Assembly (NCBI GenBank): GCA_964016885.1
Contig: OZ024746.1
Coordinates: 92,380,001-92,444,000, forward strand
Direction of reading: 5' to 3'
DNA from: Eledone cirrhosa
Taxonomy: Eukaryota
DNA: 64,000 bases
Part shown: piece by piece, positions 1 to 14,189 of the stretch
Numbering within the stretch: the first letter of the stretch is position 1
Layout of the letters: each line of letters opens with the position of its first letter
Translations under genes and position numbers: made by a program
The notes under the pieces: generated by a model
Seen by the model: only the letters and a program-made list of their open reading frames with translations
Database searches by the model: none
What the model was told of the DNA's origin: nothing

Positions 1-308
1 CTTTCTATATCAAGACAAGCAGAGTTTTGGTTACTATAGCAAGTTGAACAATCATATACAGACATTGTCATTAGCTCAATTGAAAGCTGATAGTTATTAG
101 TTTATAATCATCATTATCATTGTTATTGTCATCATTATCATTTAAAGAAAGATGTATATATAAAGATATCTAATAATTGTCTTATCTCAGCAACAGTAGC
201 TTAAGTCAAGAATACAATTATATAGTAAAATCAAAGTGCTTAACATGGCTATTAACCCTGACCAAAACCAGCTCTGGTTCTATGTGTGTAGAAATGTATA
301 TCTTGGCT

Positions 309-555
309 TTAACCCTTTAGTTACCAACCTGGCCAAAACCAGCCCTGCTTCTATGAAATAAAGTCACCCATTTTAAAAGTTTTCAATTTAAATTACAATC
401 TTCCAACATAATTTTATATAAGAATCTTACATATATCTTACATATAAGAATCTTACATCTTAGTAATGGAATAATTAATACTTTTAGTAAATCTCCCTAA
501 CTTCTTCATTAATTAATTAAAATAAAGTGTATTTCATTAGTGATGAAAGAGTTAA
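309..555. mobile_element. piggyBac-like MITE remnant
   Basis: TTAA-CCCTTT... start and ...AAAGAG-TTAA end (degenerate CCC/GGG termini with TTAA target). Confidence 0.5.
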
Positions 556-1101
556 GCCTGGATCAAGTAATATTATTATTATAGAATATCCCCTTCTACC
601 TGGAACCTGTCTTTAAGCATTATTCACTACTTTAGTACAATTTTGTTTCTACAATAAGTCCAGAAAGCTGGTGTCATGACAAAAAGTATCCATTCCATTC
701 AGTAGGATGGTAGTGATAGAGCCATGACAAAAACTCCCAGTCTACCTGGTAAAGTGGTAATGCTGAAACCATAATAAAATGCTCTTAGTACATGCTATTA
801 AGTGGTTGACATTAGGAAGAGCATCCAGCCATAGAAACGCGGAGTGAATGAACAAAAATTGCTCAGTCTAACCTCAGAATGTGACAACTCATCTAACCCA
901 TGAAAGAATGGAAATTACACCAGTTTATGGTGATGATTGATGTTTACAAGAGGGATTTCTACATCTGTCTCAATCTTACAGACCTGAATTCAATCATAAA
1001 TATTTGTCAAAGGCAATTACACGTACCAAAAGAAGCCAAAGATTAAATGTTAGAGCTAACAGACAAATACAGTCACCTCCATCAATGGAAAGGGTGACAT
1101 G

Positions 1102-3433
1102 CAGAGAATTACATAGAAAACTGTGTCTTCCACAGAGAATTACATAGAAAACTGTGTCTTCCACAGAGAATTACATAGAAAACTGTCTTCCACAGGGAAT
1201 TACATAGAAAACTGTGTCTTCTACAGGGAATTACATAGAAAACTGTGTCTTCCACAGGGAATTACAGAGAAAACTGTGTCTTCCACAGAGAATTACATAG
1301 AAAACTGTGTCTTCCACAGAGAATTACATAGAAAACTGTGTCTTCCACAGAGAATTACATAGAAAACTGTGTCTTCCACAGGGAATTACATAGAAAACTG
1401 TCTTCCACAGAGAATTACATAGAAAACTGTCTTCCACAGAGAATTACATAGAAAACTGTGTCTTCCACAGAGAATTACATAGAAAACTGTGTCTTCTACA
1501 GGGAATTACATAGAAAACTGTCTTCCACAGAGAATTACATAGAAAACTGTGTCTTCCACAGAGAATTACATAGAAAACTGTGTCTTCCACAGAGAATTAC
1601 ATAGAAAACTGTGTCTTCCACAGAGAATTACATAGAAAACTGTGTCTTCTACAGGGAATTACATAGAAAACTGTGTCTTCCACAGAGAATTACATAGAAA
1701 ACTGTGTCTTCCACAGATAATAACATAGAAAACTGTGTCTTCTACAGAGAATTACATAGAAAACTGTGTCTTCCACAGAGAATTACATAGAAAACTGTGT
1801 CTTCTACAGGGAATTACATAGAAAACTGTGTCTTCCACAGAGAATTACATAGAAAACTGTGTCTTCCACAGATAATAACATAGAAAACTGTGTCTTCCAC
1901 AGAGAATTACATAGAAAACTGTGTCTTCCACAGAGAATTACATAGAAAACTGTGTCTTCCACAGAGAATTACATAGAAAACTGTGTCTTCTACAGAGAAT
2001 TACATAGAAAACTGTGTCTTCCACAGAGAATTACATAGAAAACTGTGTCTTCCACAGAGAATTACATAGAAAACTGTGTCTTCCACAGAGAATTACATAG
2101 AAAACTGTGTCTTCTACAGAGAATTACATAGAAAACTGTGTCTTCCACAGAGAATTACATAGAAAACTGTGTCTTCCACAGAGAATTACATAGAAAACTG
2201 TGTCTTCTACAGGGAATTACATAGAAAACTGTGTCTTCCACAGAGAATTACATAGAAAACTGTGTCTTCCACAGAGAATTACATAGAAAACTGTGTCTTC
2301 CACAGAGAATTACATAGAAAACTGTGTCTTCCACAGAGAATTACATAGAAAACTGTGTCTTCTACAGGGAATTACATAGAAAACTGTGTCTTCCACAGGG
2401 AATTACATAGAAAACTGTCTTCCACAGAGAATTACATAGAAAACTGTCTTCCACAGAGAATTACATAGAAAACTGTGTCTTCCACAGAGAATTACATAGA
2501 AAACTGTGTCTTCTACAGGGAATTACATAGAAAACTGTCTTCCACAGAGAATTACATAGAAAACTGTGTCTTCCACAGAGAATTAAATAGAAAACTGTGT
2601 CTTCCACAGAGAATTACATAGAAAACTGTGTCTTCCACAGAGAATTACATAGAAAACTGTGTCTTCTACAGGGAATTACATAGAAAACTGTGTCTTCCAC
2701 AGGGAATTACATAGAAAACTGTCTTCCACAGAGAATTACATAGAAAACTGTGTCTTCCACAGGGAATTACATAGAAAACTGTGTCTTCCACAGAGAATTA
2801 CATAGAAAACTGTGTCTTCCACAGGGAATTACATAGAAAACTGTCTTCCACAGAGAATTACATAGAAAACTGTGTCTTCCATAGGAATTACATAGAAAAC
2901 TGTGTCTTCCACATGGAATTACATAGAAAACTGTGTCTTCCACAGGGAATTACATAGAAAACTGTGTCTCCCACTGGGAATTACATAGAAAACTGTGCCT
3001 TCCACAGGGAATTACAGAGAAAACTGTGTCTTCCACAGGGAATTACAGAGAAAACTGTCTTCCACAGGGAATTACATAGAAAACTGTCTTCCACAGGGAA
3101 TTACATAGAAAACTGTCTTCCATAGGGAATTACAGAGAAAACTGTCTTCCACAGGGAATTACATAGAAAACTGTCTTCCACAGGGAATTACAGAGAAAAC
3201 TGTCTTCCACAGAGAATTACAGAGAAAACTGTCTTCCACAGGGAATTACATAGAAAACTGTCTTCCACAGAGAATTACAGAGAAAACTGTGTCTTCCACA
3301 GGGAATTACAGAGAAAACTGTCTTCCACAGAGAATTACAGAGAAAACTGTGTCTTCCACAGAGAATTACAGAGAAAACTGCCTTCCACAGAGAATTACAG
3401 AGAAAACTGTGTCTCCCACAGAGAATTACATAG
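1102..3433. repeat. Minisatellite, 31-bp unit (29-bp variants) GAGAATTACATAGAAAACTGTGTCTTCCACA
   Basis: Direct tandem copies over about 2.3 kb, no unique spacers. Confidence 0.97.
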
Positions 3434-6061
3434 ACAATAAAATTAAGGGAAAGGGTGGGGAACATTAGACCCTTCACCTGAGTCAATGTGGGAAATCTGA
3501 GCTGCACCCTGTTGACTAAAGGGCCATGCCATTGCCATGAAGAACAGCCAATGACACCTGTTCCATCAGGGGGCTTCTTCTTCAGGTAGGATGTGCTCCT
3601 CCTCCCAATTTTGTAGAGGAAAATGTCAGTTCATTGACTAAAGGTCCAAATGACAACTATCATGAAAAAGAATTGGTCTGTTGAGTCTAGACATTTGGTT
3701 ATCCCCCTTTATCTTAAGGATGGCAGTGCCTAGGTTTGTGGCTGAAGTGACAAGATTGGAGGTGGAGAACATATTCTAATATGAGTATAATATCTGACAC
3801 TGATTTCACAAGTTTATTACTGGAAAAAGCTTCACTGTAGGTCACATTCCAGATTAGGAATGTACCGCCTTGGAACCTAAAGATTGTAATGCCATCCGGC
3901 CTTTTGACATTCCCTCAATCCCAGAAGCTCTAGCTGTGCTGGAAAATCAGCTGCCCCACAATAAGTTCATTGTTGAACCTTAGTGGTAGAAACATCATCT
4001 TCTGGACTACTGAAACATCTCTCTACTTAGTTTCATTAAGATGGAGATGGCTGTCTTTACAAATGAGTCCTGGGAGGTGGACTGGCTCTTTTAGAACATT
4101 TTACTACATTTCAGCTAACACATTCGCCATTTTCTGTCAGAAACATAAAACACATGACACACTGCAATTTGTTTTTCTCTTTTTGTATGTTAAAAACAAA
4201 TATTGATATCTGAAACTGGGCAACACCTGAAGATCAATAGGTACATGCTTGGATAGGAAATGAAATTACTCACATATACATACTCCTGCCAATAAGTACA
4301 TATACACAGCTAGGCTGACTTATATGGACACATACGCACACTTATATATATGTACACACACACATACACACACGCATACACACACACACACACACACATA
4401 TATATGTATATATATATATATATGTATGTATATATATATATGTATGTATGTATATATATATGTATATATAATGTGTGTGTTTATGCATGTGTGTCTGTGT
4501 ATACATGTATAAATACCTAAACACATCAAATGCACACAACGACCCAGTGGACATTAGAACATTTGAAATAGTAATTCCAGTAAATTTGAAAAGAAGTGAA
4601 ACAACAGGAATTGAACAACAATAGAACATCCACAAAAATGTTGAGAGCCTACCCCTCTTCCTTAGTAATAATAAACAGCAGAATTAGCTTCAATTTATCA
4701 TTGTTTAACCTTCTTCAAGGGAAAGTTATGGTTGCTAGTTGAAATAATACATTTAAAAGAATTCTAATTGTGTTAGATTCTGTTTTCATTTATTTCTAAC
4801 TTTAGAAAATGTTCGGATTTATTTGTGAAGCATAGTTATTTTCTTTCCCCAACCTTTCCTATCAACAAAACACAGCCTAAACTATCCAAAAAACACTAAA
4901 ATAGAAATAAAAACCAACCCACTATAATGTTGATGCCCAAATCACCTTCAATATCTGGTTTCTATTGAGTTGTGGCAATCAGATAAATTCCTACCTTATA
5001 TTTTGTAATGTACTAAATACTTAATCAACTGGTCTGGTCTGGCCCTCATTACTGAGGGTTGGGGACCATGTCCTTAATTCTCATCAGGTGGGTCTCAAAT
5101 CCTTGTTCAACTATTACTCTGAAGCTGGCTACCGAGCTGCACCTCACCCTCATCACAGAGATGAAGTCATTGACCACCTGAATGACTAAAGACTCCCATC
5201 TACCCCAGTTTTGAAATCAGAGTGATCCTTCTAGAAAAACTACCAACTATGGCCAACAACTTCATATTGGATGACCATTGACTCTCCTTGAGGTCTTTCA
5301 CCCTTTGACAGGTTTTATTTATTTATCTTGAAGAGTGTCCAAAAAATCACCCTCCACATCAAGCAAGCTTGGTAGGTGGTAGGGTTGCTGGTTTAGTTGG
5401 TGACGACCTGACCATGTGACAGGTTCTACTACTATCACTACCACTACCACCACCACCACCACCACCACCACTACTACTACTACTACCATATCCACCAACA
5501 CCACTACCACCATCATGTGATGATAGTGGCAGGTTAGATGTACTACTGACGCAGTAACACTTCTAACCTGCCACTTGGTTTCCAAAGGTGTAGGAAAACG
5601 TAGGCCCAAGATATAGAACCAATCACATAATTAGGTGGTTAAATTTCAAACAGTTTGAAAGTAGCGCCAGAAAAGATCTCCATTTGGAATATAAAGAAAA
5701 TAACAGTCGGAAATGCATGATAAGTTGAATTAATATTAGAAATACATTAAATATACATGAATATATAGAATATATAAGAAATATAGAAACATTCAACTTA
5801 CCACCAGTGGTATATCCATTATGAAGGAGGATTAATATGTGTATTGAACTGAGTTTGTGCTACTACGTTGAACTTTCCCACGGGACTTGCCCTTCCAAAG
5901 AGCCAGTCTGTGATTCAGAGCGTAAACAGATATTAGTGGATAGTTCAGGATTATGTGCGGGTGTGTATGTATGTATATATATATATATATACATACCTAT
6001 ATAAATATTTACTTACTTATAGACACACACTTAACACACATGTACATCTGACACACACACA

Positions 6062-6270
6062 CATATCATCATCATCATTTTACGTCCGCTGTTCCCTGCT
6101 TGCAAGGGTAGGACAGGTCCTATTCAGCACAGCATCTCCCCATTCGTCACAGTTCTTCGTCATCTCCTCTGTGAGCTTCAGCGATCTGAGGTCAGCTCTC
6201 ACCACCCCCGCCCATGATTTTTGTGGTCTTCCTCTACTGTATCTTTCTTCTACTGGGATTATATATAAAC
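6062..6270 (-). mobile_element. RTE-type LINE 3' end fragment with (GAT)n tail
   Basis: Translation RGRPQKSWAGVVRADLRSLKLTEEMTKNCDEWGDAV resembles the RTE C-terminus; tail shared with local SINEs; similar + strand piece at about 40540-40750. Confidence 0.65.
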
Positions 6271-6354
6271 ATTTCAAAAATCTATGAAATTGAAATTAAA
6301 GACTTATCTGCTGTATGCTGTCACAACTCAACTTATATTCTTATATATATATAT

Positions 6355-6695
6355 GAAGGCACATGGCTTAGTGGTTAGAGCATTGGCCTTGCAATCGAAA
6401 GGTTGTGAGTTCAATTCACAGACCGGGTGATGTGTTGTTTCCTTGAGCAAGACACTTTATTTCACATTGCTTCAGTTTACTCAGCTGTAGAAATGAGATG
6501 ATAGGACTGGGGTCCATATCATTCCAATGCAAAGTGGTCGTGGAGGTGCCACGCAAAAAAGCACCCAGCACTCACTGTAAATGAGGTTGGTGTTAGGAAG
6601 GGCATCCAGCTGTAGAAATCAAGCCAGAATCAGTTCCCGTCCCACCCTTGCAAGCAGGGAAAAGCGGACGTAAAATGATGATGATGAGGATGATG

Positions 6696-6696
<1 letters not shown>
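6355..6696 (+). mobile_element. tRNA-derived SINE (CORE-like centre, RTE-like 3' tail), inserted in (TA)n
   Basis: A box TGGCTTAGTGG, B box GAGTTCAATTC, CORE-like CCTTGAGCAAGACACTT, ends GGACGTAAAATGATGATG; near-identical copy at 37543-37930. Confidence 0.85.
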
Positions 6697-6726
<30 letters not shown>

Positions 6727-7907
6727 CTGCTCTTGCCCAATTACACCTCTTAAAGGCAATGACACAGGACCGAGACCTCTGGCGTTACACAGTAATACAG
6801 AAGACCCGATTTCCCACAGGTACAAACCAAAGCTGAAGCATATAGGCAGCATGCCCCTACCCTCTCCCACTGTAAATGAGGTTAGTGTTAAGAAGGGCAT
6901 CCAGCTGTAAAAATCAACTCAAAATCAGTTCTATATGAGAAAGACATGGTCATCTGACCTAGCAATGCCCACAACAGGACAACTCGTCTAACCCATGCTA
7001 CTGGGGAAGAATGGATGTAAAATGCTGATGATGAGATATCATTATCATTTTGCATCTATCTTCCACGCTAGCATGGGTTAGACCGGTGTTGTCTCACTTG
7101 AGGCAAGATTGGTCGGGTGACCGTGCCTTGCTCGTATAGGACTATCTGGCAGGTTTTCTATGGCTGGATGCCCTTTATATATATATATATTATCAACATC
7201 ATCATCGTTGTAATATCTGCTTTCCCTGTTAACACACAGACATACAGACAGAGAGTTGCTCTCTTTTGCAACATATAATCTTCAATATTTGACTTCATTT
7301 TATGAGGGAGAGCAGCACTTATCTGTTCAGTTCTTATCTATTTGCTATACCTTCTCATTGTAAATAACAATTGCCAGCTCTCTTATTATTCCTACATTCT
7401 ATAGAGACCTTTGTTATTGATCAGATTAAGAATATATTTGGCATCATGAGGTTACTACAGTTTTTCCCACTTTGTTCATACAAAGCTGCTTTCCTATAGA
7501 ACTCTGCTATTAATTGTACTATTTATCATATATTGCTTTCTTTAAGTTTATTAAAATCTAAGAAAACTCATTAAGTTTTAAAGAATATCATAGAAAAAAT
7601 TGGCCTTTTAAAAGTTTCACAATTTTTTCTTAATTTTCGTTTCTTTAAAATTTTAAATGAAAATTATTTTTGTCTAAAACCTGAAGGTTTACAGTATTTT
7701 TTCTCATTAATTCCTGTCAATGAAGCATTTTATAAGATATTCCAAAATATGAAGAGATAAAAGTGCAAAATATGAAGACACTGGAAAATTAATTGTGTAG
7801 TTGAGATTTGAAAGCATATCTTCTGGTGGTTCCAATGGAGGCAATAGCTAACAGAGATACATCAATAATGTTTAGGCTGGATGATAAGGTGCAGAGTAAG
7901 AACATAT

Positions 7908-8166
7908 ACAAGAATCAAATGAAAAGTTTATAGGCTGACCAAGATACTCTCATGGAATGACCAAATGAGGTTTATTTTTCAACATAGTCCCTGGAAAGAA
8001 ACAATGCAGTTATTAATAAGAAGAGTTCAAATTAATGCATGTAAGATTTCACAGCTCTAGCATCACTCCTTCATAGGCTGACCAAGATACTCTCATTAAT
8101 GCATGTAAGATTTCACTGCTCTATCATCAATTCTTCTTAGCCTATGAACTATTCAGTCAACCCTCA
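7908..8166. mobile_element. Tc1/mariner-type MITE (same family as 35896-36089 and about 46950-47097)
   Basis: Shared internal AAAAGTT.ATAGGCTGACCAAGATACTCTCATGGAATGA sequence; right end CCCTCA-TA. Confidence 0.65.
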
Positions 8167-8405
8167 TAGGTAATTTACTAAATAGACTTTGTCAATGCTT
8201 TTGGGGCAGATGTACAGCCTAGTTAGTTGAATAGTTAGAAGCTAGCCACAGGTCCAGTAGGCCTGAGACCAAGTTGCAGATTCCATTAAGGATCGTTTTA
8301 TTATGGGGACTAGAATATTGTAGTCTATGTTTTATCAGTTTACTGACAACCTTGTGTCATTTCAATAAGTTTGAAGACTTTGGTTGGAGTGTTGTAAAGA
8401 TAAGT

Positions 8406-8697
8406 TTAACCCTTTAGCATTTAAACCTGCTAGAATTCTCTCACTTCTTTCTGTTCAAACCAGCTGTAACTAGCTGCTCATACCTATATTAAGGTATTGT
8501 TTTCAAAATGAATAATATGAAAATCTTGTAGATTAGAAATTATGTGAGATATTATGTGAGGTAAAGACTTGACTGTGAAAATACAATAGTATATATAGAG
8601 TAATGTAAATGTTATGTGAGATATTATGTGAGGTAAAGCCTTTAATGTAAAAATACAATAGTATATATATATATAGAGTATTGTAAATGGTAAAGGG
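8406..8697 (+). mobile_element. piggyBac-like MITE copy (family of 9065-9498 and about 53790-53893)
   Basis: TTAACCCTTTAGCATT start; internal homology to 9281-9498. Confidence 0.65.
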
Positions 8698-9064
8698 ATA
8701 CGGTGGACAATTTTAGTTTAAAGTAGTCTAATGGAGTATAGTTAGAGTGTCTCTAAGTTAATGTCTGAATTAATGAGTTTAATCTAGGCACAAGGCCCCC
8801 AATTTGAAGGGAGGGAGTAGGCACAAGGCCTGCAATTTGAAGGGAAGAGAAAGTTGTTTTTTTTTCAAGTACTTCATTTTATTGACCCAGGAAGAATGAA
8901 AGGCAATGTTGACCTGGTTTGATAAAATACCAGTCAACACTCCCCCATCCCCGGATAATTTCCCCAGGCTACAAATTGTACAGATATGTTTGTGAACATT
9001 GTAGTATTGTGATATTGAGAAACTGTTTGAAACAAAGGAAAAGATAACACTGATAATATCAGTG

Positions 9065-9498
9065 TTAACCTTTTAGCATTTACATTATTCTATATATACT
9101 ATTATATGTTCATGGTAAAGGCTTTATCTCACATAATTATCTCACATACTATCGAATCTATCAGATTTTGAAAGTATTTATTTTGCGAACAATACCTTAG
9201 CATCAGTATAAGTGGCCAGTTACAGCCAGTTTCAACAGAAAGAGGTAGAGAATTCTGGCCGGTTTTGGCTGGTTTGAACATTAACCCTTTAATGTTCAAA
9301 CCGGCCAGAATTCTCTCACCTCTTTCTGTTGAAACTGGCTGTAACTGGCCACTCATACTGATGTTAAGGTATTGTTCTCAAAATAAATACTTTCAAAATC
9401 TCATAGATTCGATATTATGTGAGATAATTATGTGAGATAAAACCTTTACCATGAAAATATAATATATATATAGAGTAATGTGAATGCTAAAGGGTTAA
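9065..9498. mobile_element. Two inverted piggyBac-like MITE copies forming a ~430-bp imperfect palindrome
   Basis: TTAACC(C/T)TTTAGCATT ... AATGCTAAAGGGTTAA ends; arms are reverse complements around a central TTAA at 9281. Confidence 0.8.
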
Positions 9499-9937
9499 AC
9501 ATTACAAAGCTGAATATGAAAGTTATAAAATGATATTTTGAGGCAGGTTTTTCTTCACCTGGATCATATTCTAGACACTACTGCCAGCCCATCTATATGT
9601 CACTATGTTGGTCACATTTCAGAGGGACATGAACAATGTCACTGATGTTAGAGTTTGGTGCTGATGGGTATACGCACACTCACAGACATACACACACACT
9701 CGCATTCACACTTACACACACACATATACACATGCACACACTCTACCATCAAACGTTTGGTGACATATCCTCAGCTTATATTTAAGTATATTCAGTAACT
9801 CAGTAGAAGAAACTAAGTCCTGAAAATGTAGTTGTTCAGTTAAATGTTAACAAAAAACATAATGAACAATTTTGTGGTTGAGTTTTCTGAAGAGTTGCGT
9901 TGTTATAAGATTTTAATTGTAAATATTTATTTTTCAG

Positions 9938-9984
9938 TGTGTGTATTGTTTACACAGGATCCTGGAAGTAAGAAATGGACTGAG
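9938..9984 (+). CDS. Copine (CPNE8/CPNE5-like) internal coding exon, C2A domain: (x)CVLFTQDPGSKKWTE
   Basis: 47 nt between ttttcAG and GTaagt; manual translation matches the copine segment following the SDP motif (cf. CVLY...KEWRE); ends in phase 0 and joins the next exon in frame. Confidence 0.88.
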
Positions 9985-10269
9985 GTAAGTTAAGAAGCTT
10001 TTTTTAAAACACCATTTTCACTTAAGCAGTGATTAGTAACTGCCTCCATGATAAAAATATCTAGAACCATTGACTGTTTGGAAATATCACTATTTGGAAT
10101 ATGTCTAAGAGAGTTTAACTTGTTGAATTATAATTATCTATGTCTTCCTTTCACCATAACCCTTCACATAATTTTTCTAAATCAATGGACTTCAAGTTTT
10201 GATAGGTTACATAAAACCTCAGTTTTATAAGAGAATGAAACTCCCCTCTCCTCAAAATTGTTGGCCTTA

Positions 10270-10650
10270 TCAGAATTGGCAGTATTGGTAGAGGGTTGGA
10301 CACCATGCTTTCTAGCATGGTTACGTCCCTTTACGGTTTGAGTTGAAATCCCGTCGAGGTTAACTTTGCCTTTCATCCTTACGAGGTCGATAAAATAAAG
10401 TACCAGTAATGTACTGGGTAATTGCTGGCCTTGTGCCAATAGTAGAAACAATTATTACTAAAGGGTTAGATACCATGGCATAGAGTTAAATCCCTTTACA
10501 TTCTGATTTCAAATCCCACCAAGGTTAGCTTTGCCTTTCATCCTTATGGCGTCAATAAAATAAAGTACCAGTAATGTACTGGGGTTGATTTAATCGACTT
10601 TCCTCTTCCCCTAAATTGCTGGCCTTTTGCCTAAATCATAAACCATTATT
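10270..10650 (+). mobile_element. Tandem pair of a second SINE family (Nin/Deu-like central domain)
   Basis: GAGTTCAAATCC-like B box then GCCTTTCATCCTTACGRGGTCGATAAAATAAAGTACCAG; further copies at about 13945-14135(-), 23950-24080(-), 46585-46740(-), 50738-51117(-, tandem pair) and 54010-54105(+). Confidence 0.75.
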
Positions 10651-12057
10651 AATAATATCCTTTTTGTATTTAAACATGGAATGATTCTGAAACAATACTG
10701 CCATTCTGCATTACATTTTACCATTCTTGAACAGCTGTTTACTGCCCAGGAATACATCCTGTGGAGAAGAAAGGCCTTATATTTCTATTGTTATCACACT
10801 AATACCCTGTCTTAGCAAAGAACATTTCTTTGTCATTTATGCAATACTGCAATAATTATCATCATTATTATTATTGTTATGTTATTTGGTGGGGTGTATA
10901 TTTTCTCTTGATTATTCAAACAAAATATAGCAGATGAATGTATTTGATGATAGTCCGAGAAAATAGCAGAATGTTGTTTCATAGAAGCTGATAACAATCT
11001 GAAAGAAATCAATATTTAATAGCATAGCCTTCAGAAACACAGGACTTTGAAAGCCATCTCTCTATGGCTTCCTTGCCACCATTTTGATGCTTTATTTTTA
11101 TATACATTTATTTTCTCTGTTTTTGTTTGTTTTCTTATTTACTTTTATTTTTGTTTTCTTTATATTTTCAAAATATTGCTATCTATGGTTTCTAGAATAT
11201 AGAGAGATATTCCATCATGCTATAAATTCTGTCAAACCTTGAAACAAATAACAAACATGTCACATATTTTCCCAATTAGCTGAGATTTATTCAAAGAAAT
11301 AGAAAAAAAAAAACTCATAATCCTTTAATAAAATGGAACAAAAAAAAATCTTCCCAAATTTTAAACCTGCTAGAATTTTTTCCTATCAATTTGGTCCTGA
11401 GAACTCTTTGTTGTTAGGTTTTATGGTTCATTTTTGTTTTGTTTTAATTTTAACTTTTAACATGGTTGAAATTAATTTACTTGCAACTGCCGTATTTGTG
11501 ATTTAGGGAAGAAATTAATTTCTAACATTTGAGTAAAGCCACAGATTTTGAGTGAGAAAACTGATCTCCAGTTATTTAGTATAAGGCAAGAAATTTGTTG
11601 TTAAAATGTCTAGTTAAATGTTTTGCAGTATTTGTTCCCCTTTTCTTGGCTCTGAGCTCAAATCCATGAAGGTCAGCTTTGCCTTTCATCCCTTAAAGTA
11701 CCAGTCCAGAGCAGTGAATTGGCGGAATTATCACTTTGGATGGAATACCTGACATCATCTGATCTGGCTCTGTACATTATGAGTTCAAATCTAACCTACC
11801 ATCACTTTAAAATTTGTGATATTGGAAAATTGGAACCTCTATCATTAAACGATCCCCATGACCCTCTCAGGAATAAGTGGGTGAAGAAGAAGGAAACCTT
11901 CTATGAGATACAACCTTATGATTGTGAACTGTAACAAAAACAACACTTGACTTGTATTTTATTGAACTTGGAATGATGAAAAGCAAAGTGATCCAGGCAG
12001 GATTTGAACTCAGAACATAAAAGGATATAACTAAATATTTGAAGACATTTTTACATT

Positions 12058-12525
12058 GTGCTCTACCAGCTCTGCTCTACCAGCTCTGCTCTACAGCTCT
12101 GCTCTACCAGCTCCGCTCTACCAGCTCTGCTCTACCAGCTCTCCTCTACAGCTCTGCTCTACAACTCTCCTCTACCAGCTCTGCTCTACAACTCTCCTCT
12201 ACCAGCTCTCCTCTACAGCTCTCCTCTACAACTCTCCTCTACCAGCTCTCCTCTACCAACTCCCCTCTACAGCTCTGCTCTACAACTCTCTACCAGACCA
12301 GCTCTGCTCTACCAGCTCTCCTCTACAACTCTCCTCTACCAGTTATCCTCTACCAGCTCTGCTCTACCAACCCTCCTCTACCAGCTCTCCTCTACCAGTT
12401 TTCCTCTACCAGCTCTCGTCTACCAACTCTCATCTACCAGCTCTCCTCTACAGCTCTGCTCTACCAGCTCTCCTCTACCAGCTCTACTCTACCAGCTCTC
12501 CTCTACCAGCTCTCCTCTACCAGCA
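12058..12525. repeat. Degenerate ~13-14-bp minisatellite CTCTACCAGCTCT(G/C)
   Basis: Tandem copies; open in all three frames only because the unit lacks stop codons. Confidence 0.9.
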
Positions 12526-12689
12526 CTGCTCCTAGCTATAATAATATTCATTCTTAACTTTTTTCACCATTAATAGAAAATCACAGGCAGTGTATTTTAT
12601 TAGAAATATAGTAATGAAAGGATTAAACCACTTTGATATTTTCCTTCTAACATGGGATGGTTGCTATAGTGTTTTAGAATTGAAGCTAT

Positions 12690-12860
12690 AGCCATATACA
12701 CAATGTTTTCAATACCTAGGAGTGGCATTTTACATTTAAAGGCTTCTTTGTAATCAATCCATGCTATGCTTCCATTTTGGTTACTATTTCTGCTGCCTTC
12801 AATAATTTGTTGGTAAAACCTAGCAAACTGCCTGAAACTACTCTTGGTTCCATGATACAA
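12690..12860 (-). pseudogene. Decayed non-LTR RT fragment (R4/Dong-like)
   Basis: QQIIEGSRNSNQNGSIAWIDYKEAF resembles the RT motif xAWIDYKKAFD. Confidence 0.55.
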
Positions 12861-12920
12861 AACTTTCTATATTTATCTGAAAACCTTCTGTTATAATTTA
12901 TGTAAGAAGGGAGGTAGACA

Positions 12921-13410
12921 TAAAAGCCAAACTTGCTGTCTTCAATTCGGTATTCGTGCCAACCCTTACTTATGGTTATGAATCTTGGGTAATGACCAAA
13001 AGAATATGATCGCAAATACAAGCAGCCAAAATGGGGTTCCTCCGAAGAGTCTTTGGAGTAACATTACTCAATAGAGTGTGTAGCTCAGATATCACAGAGT
13101 CACTTCAGGTAGAGCTGCTACTTCTCTGGATTGAGAGATCACAGCTCCAATACTATGGACATGTGGTTAGAATGTCTCAGGAAAGAATCACTGAACTGAT
13201 TTTACAGGCAAAAACCAACCGGTAGGAAACCCAAGGGATAGACTCCGAACAAAATGGTTGGATAACATCCATGAGCTTGGCTGGTCTCACTTGGGGATCC
13301 AGACAGATCAGTTGGAGACGGTTGCTTCTGACAGAACCTGCTGGAAGGAGTGTCTGATGTCTCTGCCCCAATGACCTTCTCAGGAATAGAAAAAAAGAAG
13401 TGGGAGGAAG
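12921..13410 (+). mobile_element. RTE-clade LINE 3' fragment
   Basis: AKLAVFNSVFVPTLTYGYESW...MGFLRRVFGVTLLNRV...IERSQLQYYGHVVRM: typical post-RT region of RTE elements, with stops and frameshifts. Confidence 0.85.
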
Positions 13411-14189
13411 AGAAGAACTTTTCTTATGTCCTAAAGACAAGCTTAATAAGAAGAAAATTAGTTATATTACTAAGTCTCTTCAAATTCTTAGTAATTCTCA
13501 AAATTATTTGAAAATTCTCGGTAATGGTTTTATTTTCCTTAGAAATATGTATTCTAGTAAAGAAATGTAATTTTAGTTTAACATAATTATTGTGTTTAGT
13601 TGGGTGTTGTTATATCTTTTTATTTGGGTACAGTATAACCCTGTTATGGTGCGGTGAGATTTGAAGGGAGATTTAGTTGCTGTGTCTGACCCCTTATAGA
13701 TGGCTGATGACTCCAATGTTCACGTTGATTGATTTTGTCATGATCAATTTTACTTTGTTTCTGTTAGGTTTTCTTCTTTCTTCACTGTTGTCTCTCAACA
13801 TCGATCATGTAGACCTATGATCAAAAGCATTCCAACCATGACAATCTCAACTTTTCTAAGTGTATCTGGGATTACATTGTGCAGTACACTTGACCTGCTA
13901 GAAATAATAGCCTAATCCCACCTTATTGTTTTATGTTTTCTGATTTAAGCACAAGGCCAACAGTTTGGGGGAGAGGAAATTTGATTAAATTGACCCCAGT
14001 GTATTACTGGTTCTTTATTTTATTGACCCTGTAAGGATGAAAGGCCGGATTTGAACTCAGAATGTAAAGGGCCATAACTCTATGTTTTGAAGCATGGTGT
14101 CAGATGCTCTACTGATACTGCCAATCCACTGCTCTCAGTTACCTAACTAATAATAAAAAATTAAGTGAAAATCAGCTGGTGCATGTGTT

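Noticed and set aside
1102-3433. CRISPR-like regular 29-31-bp repeats (also 14190, 24403, 48371)
   Set aside because: Repeats are contiguous with no unique spacers, there are no cas genes, and the context is eukaryotic intron
4226-4275. CTGAAGA followed later by GAAA
   Set aside because: No convincing stem I or stem II pairing; likely a chance match
5525-5576. Small hairpin AGTGGCAGGTTAGA...TCTAACCTGCCACT
   Set aside because: Only 14-bp arms, no ribozyme core, no second copy seen; cannot assign a function, and bacterial-type terminators are not relevant here
6355-6432. tRNA gene-like sequence (also 37855-37930 and 57442-57515)
   Set aside because: Continues into SINE body and tail, and has no proper acceptor stem; SINE head rather than tRNA
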